From NCBI GenBank assembly GCA_039924385.1, contig JBDTAV010000007.1, positions 13,015 through 77,014 of the forward strand: a stretch of DNA of 64,000 bases, read 5' to 3'. Under the pieces are notes generated by a model. It did not search any database and was not told the origin of the DNA. It saw nothing but the letters and a program-made list of their open reading frames with translations. The DNA is from Steroidobacteraceae bacterium (GTDB taxonomy: Bacteria; Pseudomonadota; Gammaproteobacteria; Steroidobacterales; Steroidobacteraceae). The stretch's first letter is position 1. Each line of letters begins with the position of its first letter. The position numbers were made by a program, and so were the translations under genes. This document shows, one piece after another, positions 10,216 to 18,545 of the stretch.

Positions 10216-10310
10216 TCTCTCTTAGGGATTTTTGGCAGGATGATCTCGAAGTTTAGGAGAACCTCGCGCCGGCAACCCAGCCAACTCCCCCGCTGGTGCG
10301 AATCCCATGC

Positions 10311-10344
10311 GGCGTGGGCCTCAAAATCCACGCCGTTTTTTCTT
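10311..10344 (+). terminator. intrinsic-terminator-like hairpin (possible attenuator or sRNA 3-prime end)
   Basis: GGCGTGG-(10 nt)-CCACGCC followed by GTTTTTTCTT. It sits 11 nt upstream of the ATG at 10355, or inside the first codons if the ATG at 10307 is the true start. Confidence 0.45.
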
Positions 10345-10354
10345 CGCATCGAGC

Positions 10355-11008
10355 ATGTATGAGCCGCCGCAAAGAGCCGGGACGCGGCTGCTCCGGCTCA
10401 CCATCTTCGCTCTCATTGCCGCGCTTCATGTCGCGATATTGCTGATCGCTTCGCGTTGGCAGACTCATCTCGATCTGCGCATTGAGGAATCGCTGGTGTT
10501 TTTACCGCTTCCCGCGCATGTGCAATCGGCCGAGAAGGCGCCGCCGCAGCCCAGTTCGCCGCGCAAGAAGCCTGAGCCGGCGCATGACACTCAACTGGTC
10601 GCCGTTCCAACCCCGGCCGCACCGGCGCCGACCGAGCAAAGGCCCGCAACCGTCGATTGGAGCGCTGAAGCGGCACTCACGGCAAAGCAGCGGGCGCAAT
10701 CGGCCTTGGCGCCGCAACCCCGTGCCTTGGATAAACATGCCGCCGGCGCGAACTTCGATGCTGGACTCGGTCCCGACCAGACGCCTGCGCCTGAGTTTGG
10801 CTGGGATCACGCCCATACCCATCGCGTTGAAGCGATGGAAGGCGGCGGGTCGATTCTTTGGATCAACGATCGATGCTTCATCGTGATGTACGGGATGATT
10901 CCGTTTCCCATGTGCGGTATCGGCGAGATTCCGGTGCGCGGCGACCTGTTCGATCACATGCGCGATCCTAAGACGCGGGAGCCTAACGTGAACAACACTG
11001 CGCCATGA
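10355..11008 (+). CDS. hypothetical membrane-anchored protein with Pro-rich linker (TonB-like architecture, unrecognised C-terminal domain)
   Basis: ORF 10307-11008. One N-terminal TM (LLRLTIFALIAALHVAILLIA), then a P/A-rich stretch, then a Cys-containing C-terminal domain. The start is uncertain (10307 or 10355) and neither has a good SD. Confidence 0.5.
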   Translation: MYEPPQRAGTRLLRLTIFALIAALHVAILLIASRWQTHLDLRIEESLVFLPLPAHVQSAEKAPPQPSSPRKKPEPAHDTQLVAVPTPAAPAPTEQRPATVDWSAEAALTAKQRAQSALAPQPRALDKHAAGANFDAGLGPDQTPAPEFGWDHAHTHRVEAMEGGGSILWINDRCFIVMYGMIPFPMCGIGEIPVRGDLFDHMRDPKTREPNVNNTAP

Positions 11009-11066
11009 GCTAGCCGCTTGTCACGAGCCCGCGGCGCGCAATCAGCGATGCCGCGCATTGGCGTGA

Positions 11067-12356
11067 TTAGTTTTTCGGCGCCAGTCCCTCGATCAATCTG
11101 CAGGCGCGGGTAACTGCATCCGCGGAATCGATGCGCGAGGCGTAATCCGCGCGCCGCTGCGCTGCGGTGTCGTCGCCCAGAATGCTCTCGATCGCGCGAG
11201 CCACGCGCGCCGCCCGATAGCGGCTCTGGGGAATACTCCTTCCCAATCCAATCTTTTCAATCCGCCAGCCGCTATCGAATTGATCATAGCCGTGGGGCAC
11301 CACGAGATGTGGGACGCGCGCTTTGATCCCCTGCGCCAAGGTGCCGACACCGCCGTGATATACCAGCAGCGCCGCCCGCGGCAGCACCTGGCTGAAAGGG
11401 AGATAGCCAAAGACTTTGATGTTGGCCGGAAGGTTAGGCGGAACCTGGTTCGGATAATTGGTCACCAGCATGGCGCGCAAACCCAAATGATGCGCAGCCG
11501 CGACCGATTCTCTGAAAAATCGCTGCATCGTCGACCCCGCCGATCCTGGCGTAAACACGATGGGCGCCGCGCCCGCACTCAAAAATTCCTCAGCCTCGGC
11601 GAGAGGCGCCGCTTCGCCATCCGCGTCCCACAAAGGAAATCCGACTGCGTGCGTATTGGCCGGCCAATCCGGCTGCGGCGCCGCAAACCATTCGGGAAAG
11701 AATGCGATCACCAATTCGGGCGAGTGAATCCAACGATGCATCACTCGATCGACGGGCGCCAGGCCGAGACTCGCGCGAAGCTCGTTTAACGGGGCCTTGA
11801 GCCGGCGATCGAGAATCACGGCGTCGATGATTCGAAACAATCCCTGTTTGAACCATTTCGGTCGGGATGCCGATAGCCGGACGTTGCCCATCATTCCTTG
11901 ATCGACGAAAGTGCGGATCACGCTGGGTTGCAAGTGCACAGAAGCGCTCGGCACGCCGAGCTTTTCCTGAGCGACGCGGGCGCCGAATGCGAGGCTCGAG
12001 AACGCCACCACGGTGTGTGAATCCGCGTGCTTTTCGATCAATCGATAAATTTCCGCGATCGCCGGCACGATCACCTGGGCAATGACCTTGAAGCCCTTGC
12101 GCAGATGCCACAATTCAGGATTGGCAATGGCTGCGTTGGCATCAGCGGCGCGGCCGACGGCAATAAATCCAATGCCTTGGGCCTCGATGAGCGCCTGGAA
12201 AATGGGATTAGTCAGAATCGTCGCTCGATGTCCGCGAGCCTGAAGCGCCGCGCCGAGCGCGATAAATGGATGCACATCACCCGCGCTGCCCATGGTAGGC
12301 AACAACACGTGAAGAGGAAACCTGCGATTGCCGTTAACCTTCGAAACGGCGCTCAA
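11067..12356 (-). CDS. GT-B fold glycosyltransferase (family 1, MGT/UDP-glycosyltransferase-like, RhlB-like)
   Basis: N-terminal GSAGDVHPF motif and C-terminal HHGGVGT...G.P.LVVP...DQ UDPGT-type signature. The TTG start at 12356 is chosen because the longer ORF overlaps lrp. GTG at 12308 is an alternative. Confidence 0.75.
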   Translation of the reverse strand: MSAVSKVNGNRRFPLHVLLPTMGSAGDVHPFIALGAALQARGHRATILTNPIFQALIEAQGIGFIAVGRAADANAAIANPELWHLRKGFKVIAQVIVPAIAEIYRLIEKHADSHTVVAFSSLAFGARVAQEKLGVPSASVHLQPSVIRTFVDQGMMGNVRLSASRPKWFKQGLFRIIDAVILDRRLKAPLNELRASLGLAPVDRVMHRWIHSPELVIAFFPEWFAAPQPDWPANTHAVGFPLWDADGEAAPLAEAEEFLSAGAAPIVFTPGSAGSTMQRFFRESVAAAHHLGLRAMLVTNYPNQVPPNLPANIKVFGYLPFSQVLPRAALLVYHGGVGTLAQGIKARVPHLVVPHGYDQFDSGWRIEKIGLGRSIPQSRYRAARVARAIESILGDDTAAQRRADYASRIDSADAVTRACRLIEGLAPKN

Positions 12357-12360
12357 TCGT

Positions 12361-12786
12361 TCACCGTTCAAACTTGGTCGACAGGATGATTGACGAATTG
12401 GTGCGCTCCACGCCGTCGAGCGCGCCAATTCGATCGATGACTTGATCCATTTCGGCCACCGATGCGGTTACCGCCACCGCGATCATGTCGACATCGCCGC
12501 TGACGGAATGCAGCAGCCGCACCTGGGATATCTCACGCAAGGCGGCGGTCACGGCGCGGGTCTCCTTCGGACCCACCTTGATCATGACGTGGGCGCGCAC
12601 CGCGCCCGTTCCGAGTGCGGGCGCCAGGCGAACCCCATAGCCAGTGATGATGCCTTGCTTCTCCAGCCGCTCGATTCGGCTCTGAACGCTGGTACGCGAG
12701 CGTCCCACCAACCTGGCCAGCATTGCGGTCGAGGCGCGGCCATTCTCCCGCAGCGCCGACAACAGCTTCTCATCGATGGAATCCAT
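12361..12786 (-). CDS. Lrp/AsnC family transcriptional regulator
   Basis: 141 aa. HTH region (DEKLLSALRENGRASTAMLARLVGRSRTSVQSRIERLEKQGII) followed by an RAM/ASNC domain. Confidence 0.85.
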   Translation of the reverse strand: MDSIDEKLLSALRENGRASTAMLARLVGRSRTSVQSRIERLEKQGIITGYGVRLAPALGTGAVRAHVMIKVGPKETRAVTAALREISQVRLLHSVSGDVDMIAVAVTASVAEMDQVIDRIGALDGVERTNSSIILSTKFER

Positions 12787-12902
12787 GGCATTTCGCCGCT
12801 TTTGCCCTTCCTAATGTAGTAAGCATACCTTAAAAATGACTAAAACGACCCTACCATCTGCCATGGGATCACGCAAAAATGGCGACCTCCAAGGGAGGCG
12901 GC

Positions 12903-14006
12903 ATGAAAGACATTGTCATCGTAGGCGCGGGCAAAATTGGCTCGATGATTGCGGAGTTTCTAGGCAGTTGCGGCGACTACGCCGTGACCGTGGTCGACCG
13001 ATCGCAGGCGCAATTGGATCGGCTCGAAACTTCCGCCCCGATCAAGAAATCCGCCATCGACATTACGCAAGGAGATGCCTTGCGCAAATTGCTGTCGGGT
13101 AAATTTGCTGTCCTGTCTGCCGCGCCCTATCACGCGACCCGGCTCATCGCCGAAGCTGCCAAGAGCGGCGGCGCTCATTACCTGGATCTGACGGAGGATG
13201 TCGCCAGCACCCGCGCGGTCAAGCAATTGAGCGTAGGCGCGCGCACCGCCTTCATCCCGCAATGCGGTCTGGCGCCGGGATTTATCACCATCGTCGCGTC
13301 CGATTTGGCGTCGCGATTCGATGAACTCAACGATGTGCGCATGCGAGTCGGCGCACTCCCTGAATTTCCCTCCAACGCACTCAACTACAATTTGACCTGG
13401 AGCACGGACGGGGTGATCAACGAATACTGCGAGCCGTGCGAAGCCATTGTTAACGGCCAGCTTCGAGAGACGCAGCCGCTGGAGGAATTGGAAGAATTCT
13501 CCCTTGACGGCATTCTGTACGAGGCATTCAACACCTCAGGCGGACTGGGCACGCTGTGCGAGACGCTGGCCGGCAAGGTGCGTAACCTGAACTACCGCAC
13601 CATCCGCTATCCCGGCCACGCCGCCATCATGAAGGCCTTGTTGAATGATCTGCGGTTGCGCGACCGGCGCGAACTTCTCAAGGACATTCTGGAAAATGCG
13701 GTGCCCATCACGCTTCAGGATGTCGTCATTGTATTCGTCACTGTTAGCGGCATGCGCGCAGGTCAACTCATGCAAGAGACCTACGCCAACAAGATCTATG
13801 CGGCCCCGATGGGCGGCAGGGTGCGCAGCGCCATTCAGATCACCACCGCCGGTGGCATTTGCGCGGTGCTCGATATGTTGAGCGCCGGTGAGCTTCCCCA
13901 GTCCGGACTCATTCGCCAGGAAGAGATCGGCCTGAAAGCTTTTCTCGCCAATCGTTTTGGTCGCGTGTACGCGATGGCTACATCGGCCGCCGCCCACGCG
14001 GCTTAA
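12903..14006 (+). CDS. saccharopine dehydrogenase family protein (NAD(P)-binding)
   Basis: Rossmann motif IVIVGAGKIGS at the N-terminus, a C-terminal saccharopine dehydrogenase-like domain, and a GGGAGG SD before the ATG at 12903. Divergent from lrp. Confidence 0.8.
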   Translation: MKDIVIVGAGKIGSMIAEFLGSCGDYAVTVVDRSQAQLDRLETSAPIKKSAIDITQGDALRKLLSGKFAVLSAAPYHATRLIAEAAKSGGAHYLDLTEDVASTRAVKQLSVGARTAFIPQCGLAPGFITIVASDLASRFDELNDVRMRVGALPEFPSNALNYNLTWSTDGVINEYCEPCEAIVNGQLRETQPLEELEEFSLDGILYEAFNTSGGLGTLCETLAGKVRNLNYRTIRYPGHAAIMKALLNDLRLRDRRELLKDILENAVPITLQDVVIVFVTVSGMRAGQLMQETYANKIYAAPMGGRVRSAIQITTAGGICAVLDMLSAGELPQSGLIRQEEIGLKAFLANRFGRVYAMATSAAAHAA

Positions 14007-14914
14007 GAGAGCGGCGGTTTAGCTCCCTCAGCGCCTTCTGCGCCCTGACTGACGAACGCTCTGATATCGGCGAGCGTGGGCGCCCTGCCGCGCAGCAGCG
14101 CGGTCAGTGCCGCGACGGTATCGGCATGCGAAAGCTTGGGATACAGCTTCAATGTCACCGGGACGCCCTGCGCCCGCAGCGCCGCCGCAAGATTGCGCGA
14201 ATTCTTCGGCTTCACCGTGTCATCGTTGAGGCCGTGCACCAGCAGCATGGGCGGCGCATCAGCGCGCACGAAATTAATGGGCTGCGACTCCGGATACAGC
14301 GGCGGCGGACCAAACATGTCCTGAACGTCCGGCTCGAGCAGCGGCAAAAAATCGTACGGTCCGGACAGACCGATGACCCCCGCGATGCGCGGCACGGTCC
14401 GCCCGGCGTCAGCGAAATATCGCGCATCGAGCGTCACCAGCGCGGCCAGGTGCGCGCCCGCCGAATGGCCCATCAGGTAGAGACGCCCCTGGGCGCCGCC
14501 ATACTCATCTGCGTGCGCTGTGGCCCACAGCGCGGCGAGCGCCGCATCCTGCATGAACCCCGGCATTTTAACTTCAGGGTAGTGGCGATAATTCGCCACC
14601 ATGGCCACATAGCCTGACTCCGCCAGCGCTGCGCCGACAAATCGATAGTCTGCCTTGTCGCCGTAACGCCAACGTCCCCCGTGCCAGAATACGACCACGG
14701 GCCGAGGCGCTGCGCTACCCTCGGATACGTACACATCCAGACGCTGATGCGGGTCCTGCCCATACGCGATATTCGCGTGCCGCTTATACGACCCGAACGC
14801 CGCCGGTACATTGGCGGCGAGAAATCCGAGGCGCTCGCATCCCGCCAGAAAAAGTGCGGTCATCCCGGCGAGCGCAGTCCGCCGTGTCATGCGATCCTCG
14901 CTATCGGCAGGCAT
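14003..14914 (-). CDS. alpha/beta hydrolase (esterase/lipase), probable lipoprotein
   Basis: HGGRW oxyanion motif and GHSAGA nucleophile elbow. The N-terminus has a lipobox-like LFLAGC. The start may be the internal Met at 14890. Confidence 0.75.
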   Translation of the reverse strand: MPADSEDRMTRRTALAGMTALFLAGCERLGFLAANVPAAFGSYKRHANIAYGQDPHQRLDVYVSEGSAAPRPVVVFWHGGRWRYGDKADYRFVGAALAESGYVAMVANYRHYPEVKMPGFMQDAALAALWATAHADEYGGAQGRLYLMGHSAGAHLAALVTLDARYFADAGRTVPRIAGVIGLSGPYDFLPLLEPDVQDMFGPPPLYPESQPINFVRADAPPMLLVHGLNDDTVKPKNSRNLAAALRAQGVPVTLKLYPKLSHADTVAALTALLRGRAPTLADIRAFVSQGAEGAEGAKPPLS

Positions 14915-15380
14915 AGGTGGGGCTGCTCGACTGATCGAGCACGCCGTGCTCGATCAGCCAGTCGCGCGCATCGTCAGCGTCGCGCTCAAACCATTCCACC
15001 GCGCTGCCGAGCCGGAATGTATAGCCCCACACATCCATGTCACGGCACATCCGCTGCCGGCCGACGTTGGGCAACGAATCGGCCAGGATGATTTGCAGAT
15101 AGCAAACGGCATTTTCTTCCGCGTGATCGCCGCCAGCATCGGTATGCAAGCCTGCACGCCGCTCCGGCGTCATGCAGATGAAATGGGCGCTTTCGTGCAA
15201 GACAGAGTGCAGCGGCGTATCGAGGCGCGCGAAAATCTTCGATCCCATGAGCCCTGCTTCGCGTTCGCCCCAATAAGAACCGGAGATCACTTCGTCCGGT
15301 GCCACCAACTGCAGCGCCAGGCCGTAGCGATCCAAGAGTACTTGCAGGGAAAGTCGATCGATGCCGTTGACCAGGAGCAC
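14901..15380 (-). CDS. conserved hypothetical protein with HExxH motif
   Basis: 159-aa ORF with a coding-like codon pattern. It contains LHESAHFICM (HExxH) and downstream acidic residues. GTG start without an obvious SD. It occupies the position after lptE where holA is usually found. Confidence 0.5.
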   Translation of the reverse strand: MLLVNGIDRLSLQVLLDRYGLALQLVAPDEVISGSYWGEREAGLMGSKIFARLDTPLHSVLHESAHFICMTPERRAGLHTDAGGDHAEENAVCYLQIILADSLPNVGRQRMCRDMDVWGYTFRLGSAVEWFERDADDARDWLIEHGVLDQSSSPTYACR

Positions 15381-15400
15381 GTTGCAACCGCGCGCCGCCG

Positions 15401-15886
15401 TTACTTCAAACTCGTGAGCCGGCGCATGGTGATGGATACCAGATCCCGCGCCATTTGTTGGCGCAGGATGTCGGCCTCGTGCTCCTTGGCGAGCTGCAGC
15501 GTCTCGTCGAAGCTGAAATCCTTGGAAAGACTGATGGTCTGCGGCGCGAGCAACTCCTTGCCGCCGCCACGCACGCTGAAGGTCACGGTGTAGGTGAGCT
15601 CGTACTCGGTGGGAATGTTTTTCGCCGAGACCGCGAGCGTACGCTGCTCTACCGAGTCCTTGGTCACATCAACGGTCGCCGTGGCGCCTTCGCGCGTGAA
15701 CTGCAGCGTGGCCCCCGAGGTCTTGAGCTGATGCTCGAATTCACGCGAGAAGTCGGTGTACGGGTCTTTCAGCGACAGGTAGGGCCGCGCCATGACTGCG
15801 GGCAGCGGATCGCTGCCTGCCAGGCGGAAGCCGCACGCGGACAGCGCCCAGATGCCTATCAAAACGACATATCGAGAGCCGGCCAC
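15401..15886 (-). CDS. lptE: LPS-assembly lipoprotein LptE
   Basis: 161 aa directly downstream of leuS (conserved synteny). Lipoprotein signal with lipobox LSAC. Confidence 0.7.
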   Translation of the reverse strand: MAGSRYVVLIGIWALSACGFRLAGSDPLPAVMARPYLSLKDPYTDFSREFEHQLKTSGATLQFTREGATATVDVTKDSVEQRTLAVSAKNIPTEYELTYTVTFSVRGGGKELLAPQTISLSKDFSFDETLQLAKEHEADILRQQMARDLVSITMRRLTSLK

Positions 15887-15892
15887 GCAGCA

Positions 15893-18484
15893 TTACACCA
15901 CGATGTTCACGAGCTTGCCCGGCACGATGATCATTTTGCGAACCGCCGAGACCCCGATGAATTTCTGGACATTCGGATCGGCCAGCGCGGCGGCGCGCAC
16001 TGCAGCTTCAACCGCGCCGACCGCAACCGTAATATGCGCCCGCAACTTGCCGTTCACCTGTACGACCATCTGCACGCTGGCCGATTGCAATGCCTCCGCA
16101 TCGACTTCGCGCCAGGGCTCATCGATCAGCGCAGTAACATGCCCTAGTCCGCGCCATAGCGCGTGGGTGACGTGCGGGATGATCGGGGACAATGTCATCA
16201 CGGCAATCTCCAATGCCTCCTGCGAGACACTGCGATCCTGCGCGCCGGCCTGCGGAAACTTGGCCACGCCATTCAATAGTTCCATGACCGCGGCAATCGC
16301 GGTATTGAAAGTGCGGCGGCGGCCGATGTCATCCGTGACCTTGGCGAGGGTCTGATGCGAATGGCGGCGAAGGGCGCGCTGCGCCTCGGTCAGCGCCGAC
16401 TTGTCGAGCGGGGCTGCAGGACCAGACGCCACGTGGTCGTACACGGCCTTCCACAGCCGCTTGATGAAGCGAAACGCACCCTGCACGCCTTCATCGGACC
16501 ATTCCAAGGTCTGTTCGGGCGGCGCTGCAAACATGATGAACAACCGCGCGGTGTCGGCGCCGAATTCGTCGACCAACACTTGCGGGTCCACGCCGTTGTT
16601 CTTGGACTTGGACATCGTTACCACGCCGCCGGATTCGACTTCCTTGCCGTCGGCCTTGAGCACCGCAACGCTGCCGTTGCCGCTCTTCTCCGCGCTGACC
16701 CTGACGTCGGCCGGATTGAAGTATTGCACTCGTCCCGAGTCGGTTTTGCGGAAGAACACCTCGTTCAGCACCATTCCCTGCGTGAACAGACGCGCAAAGG
16801 GTTCCTTGAAGGAAACCGCGCCAATCTCCTTCAAGAAACGCGTCCAGAAGCGCGCGTAGAGCAAGTGCAGGATAGCGTGTTCGATGCCGCCGATGTACTG
16901 ATCGACGGGCAGCCAGTATTGAACCCGATAATCCAGCATGGCCTGGTTATTGTCGGCGCAGGCGAATCGCAGGAAATACCAGGACGAATCCACGAACGTG
17001 TCCATGGTGTCCGTCTCGCGGCGCGCATCCACGCCGCACTTCGGACACTTCACACTCAGAAAGCGCTCGTCCTTCAAGAGCGGATTGCCGCTGCCGTCGG
17101 GCACCAGATCCGTGGGCAGGATCACCGGCAATTGTTCATCCGGCACCGGCACCGCGCCGCAGTCTCGGCAATGAATGATCGGGATTGGGCAACCCCAATA
17201 CCGCTGCCGCGAAATTCCCCAGTCGCGCAGCCGCCAGGTCGTCCGCTTCTCGCCCAAGCCGATGGCCCGCAAATCCCTGGCGACGGCATCGACAGCGGCT
17301 TGAAAATCCAGGCCGTCGTACGCGCCCGAATTCACACAGCGGCCATGATCGGAATACCAAGGCTGCCACGCCGCCAGGGAATACGCGCGCCCTTGGCACT
17401 CGATCACCTGCTTGATCGGCAGTTCATATTTCTTGGCGAAAGCGAAATCCCGTTCATCGTGTGCCGGTACGCCCATGACCGCACCGTCGCCGTAGCTCAT
17501 CAGCACATAGTTGCCCACCCAAACCGGCATGTGTTCGCCGCTGATGGGGTGGCGCACATTCAAGCCGGTTGGCATGCCCTTTTTTTCCTGCGTGGCAAGT
17601 TCGGCTTCGAGCGCCGGTCCGCGTTTGCATTCCTCGATGAATGCAGCCAGTTTGGGATTGTCCTGGGCGGCAACGTCCGCCAGCCGATGCTCCGCCGCCA
17701 CGGCGCAAAACGTCGCGCCCATAATGGTATCGGCGCGAGTGGTGAATACCCACAGCGCGCCGCCCTCGCCGATGTCATGCGGAAAACCAAGACGCACGCC
17801 TTCGCTGCGGCCGATCCAATTGGCCTGCATGACGCGCACGCGTTCCGGCCAGCCCGGCATGCGGTTCAATTCATCGAGCAGATCCTCGGCGAATGCGGTG
17901 ATCTTCAGGTAGTACATCGGAATTTCGCGCTTTTCGATGATCGCGCCGGTACGCCAGCCTTTGCCGTCGATGACCTGCTCGTTCGCCAGCACTGTCTTGT
18001 CGACCGGATCCCAGTTGACGACGCCGGTTTTCAGATACGCAATGCCCTTTTCCAACATGCGTAAGAAGAGCCATTGATTCCAGCGGTAGTATTCGGGGCG
18101 GCAGGTAGTGAGTTCCCGCTTCCAATCCAGCCCGTAACCCAAGGATTTTAGCTGCGCCTTCATGTGAGCGATGTTGTCGAGCGTCCATTTCGCCGGAGGC
18201 ACGCTGTTCGCGATGGCGGCATTTTCGGCCGGCAAGCCGAACGCGTCCCAGCCCATGGGCTGCAGGACGCTGCGTCCGTGCATGCGCATGAATCGCGTCA
18301 GCGCGTCGCCTATGGTGTAATTGCGCACGTGTCCCATATGCAAGCGGCCGCTTGGATAGGGAAACATGCACAAGCAATAATACTTCGCGCGGCTGTCGTC
18401 TTCCTTGGCCTCGAAGCTACGATGCTGGTCCCAATAGTGCTGTGCCTCCGCTTCGATAGCGGCGGGTTCGTATCTTTCTTGCAT
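15893..18484 (-). CDS. leuS: leucine--tRNA ligase
   Basis: 863 aa. Class I signatures ([15 protein letters not shown] = HIGH region; VTMSKSKNN = KMSKS). Confidence 0.95.
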   Translation of the reverse strand: MQERYEPAAIEAEAQHYWDQHRSFEAKEDDSRAKYYCLCMFPYPSGRLHMGHVRNYTIGDALTRFMRMHGRSVLQPMGWDAFGLPAENAAIANSVPPAKWTLDNIAHMKAQLKSLGYGLDWKRELTTCRPEYYRWNQWLFLRMLEKGIAYLKTGVVNWDPVDKTVLANEQVIDGKGWRTGAIIEKREIPMYYLKITAFAEDLLDELNRMPGWPERVRVMQANWIGRSEGVRLGFPHDIGEGGALWVFTTRADTIMGATFCAVAAEHRLADVAAQDNPKLAAFIEECKRGPALEAELATQEKKGMPTGLNVRHPISGEHMPVWVGNYVLMSYGDGAVMGVPAHDERDFAFAKKYELPIKQVIECQGRAYSLAAWQPWYSDHGRCVNSGAYDGLDFQAAVDAVARDLRAIGLGEKRTTWRLRDWGISRQRYWGCPIPIIHCRDCGAVPVPDEQLPVILPTDLVPDGSGNPLLKDERFLSVKCPKCGVDARRETDTMDTFVDSSWYFLRFACADNNQAMLDYRVQYWLPVDQYIGGIEHAILHLLYARFWTRFLKEIGAVSFKEPFARLFTQGMVLNEVFFRKTDSGRVQYFNPADVRVSAEKSGNGSVAVLKADGKEVESGGVVTMSKSKNNGVDPQVLVDEFGADTARLFIMFAAPPEQTLEWSDEGVQGAFRFIKRLWKAVYDHVASGPAAPLDKSALTEAQRALRRHSHQTLAKVTDDIGRRRTFNTAIAAVMELLNGVAKFPQAGAQDRSVSQEALEIAVMTLSPIIPHVTHALWRGLGHVTALIDEPWREVDAEALQSASVQMVVQVNGKLRAHITVAVGAVEAAVRAAALADPNVQKFIGVSAVRKMIIVPGKLVNIVV

Positions 18485-18545
18485 GATTGGGCCTCAGAAT
18501 ACCCGAGATGCCCGGCGGCGGCGAACTGCAGTTAACCAAGATCGC

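Noticed and set aside
16355-18064. Very long antisense ORFs opposite real genes: 569 aa opposite leuS, 375 aa at 45345-46472 opposite the aminotransferase, 354 aa at 27211-28275 opposite miaB, 359 aa at 53313-54392 opposite secY, 332 aa at 23686-24684 opposite lnt.
   Set aside because: These are typical high-GC artefacts. The products are Arg/Ala/Gly/His-rich with no recognisable motifs, while the opposite strand encodes unmistakable conserved proteins.
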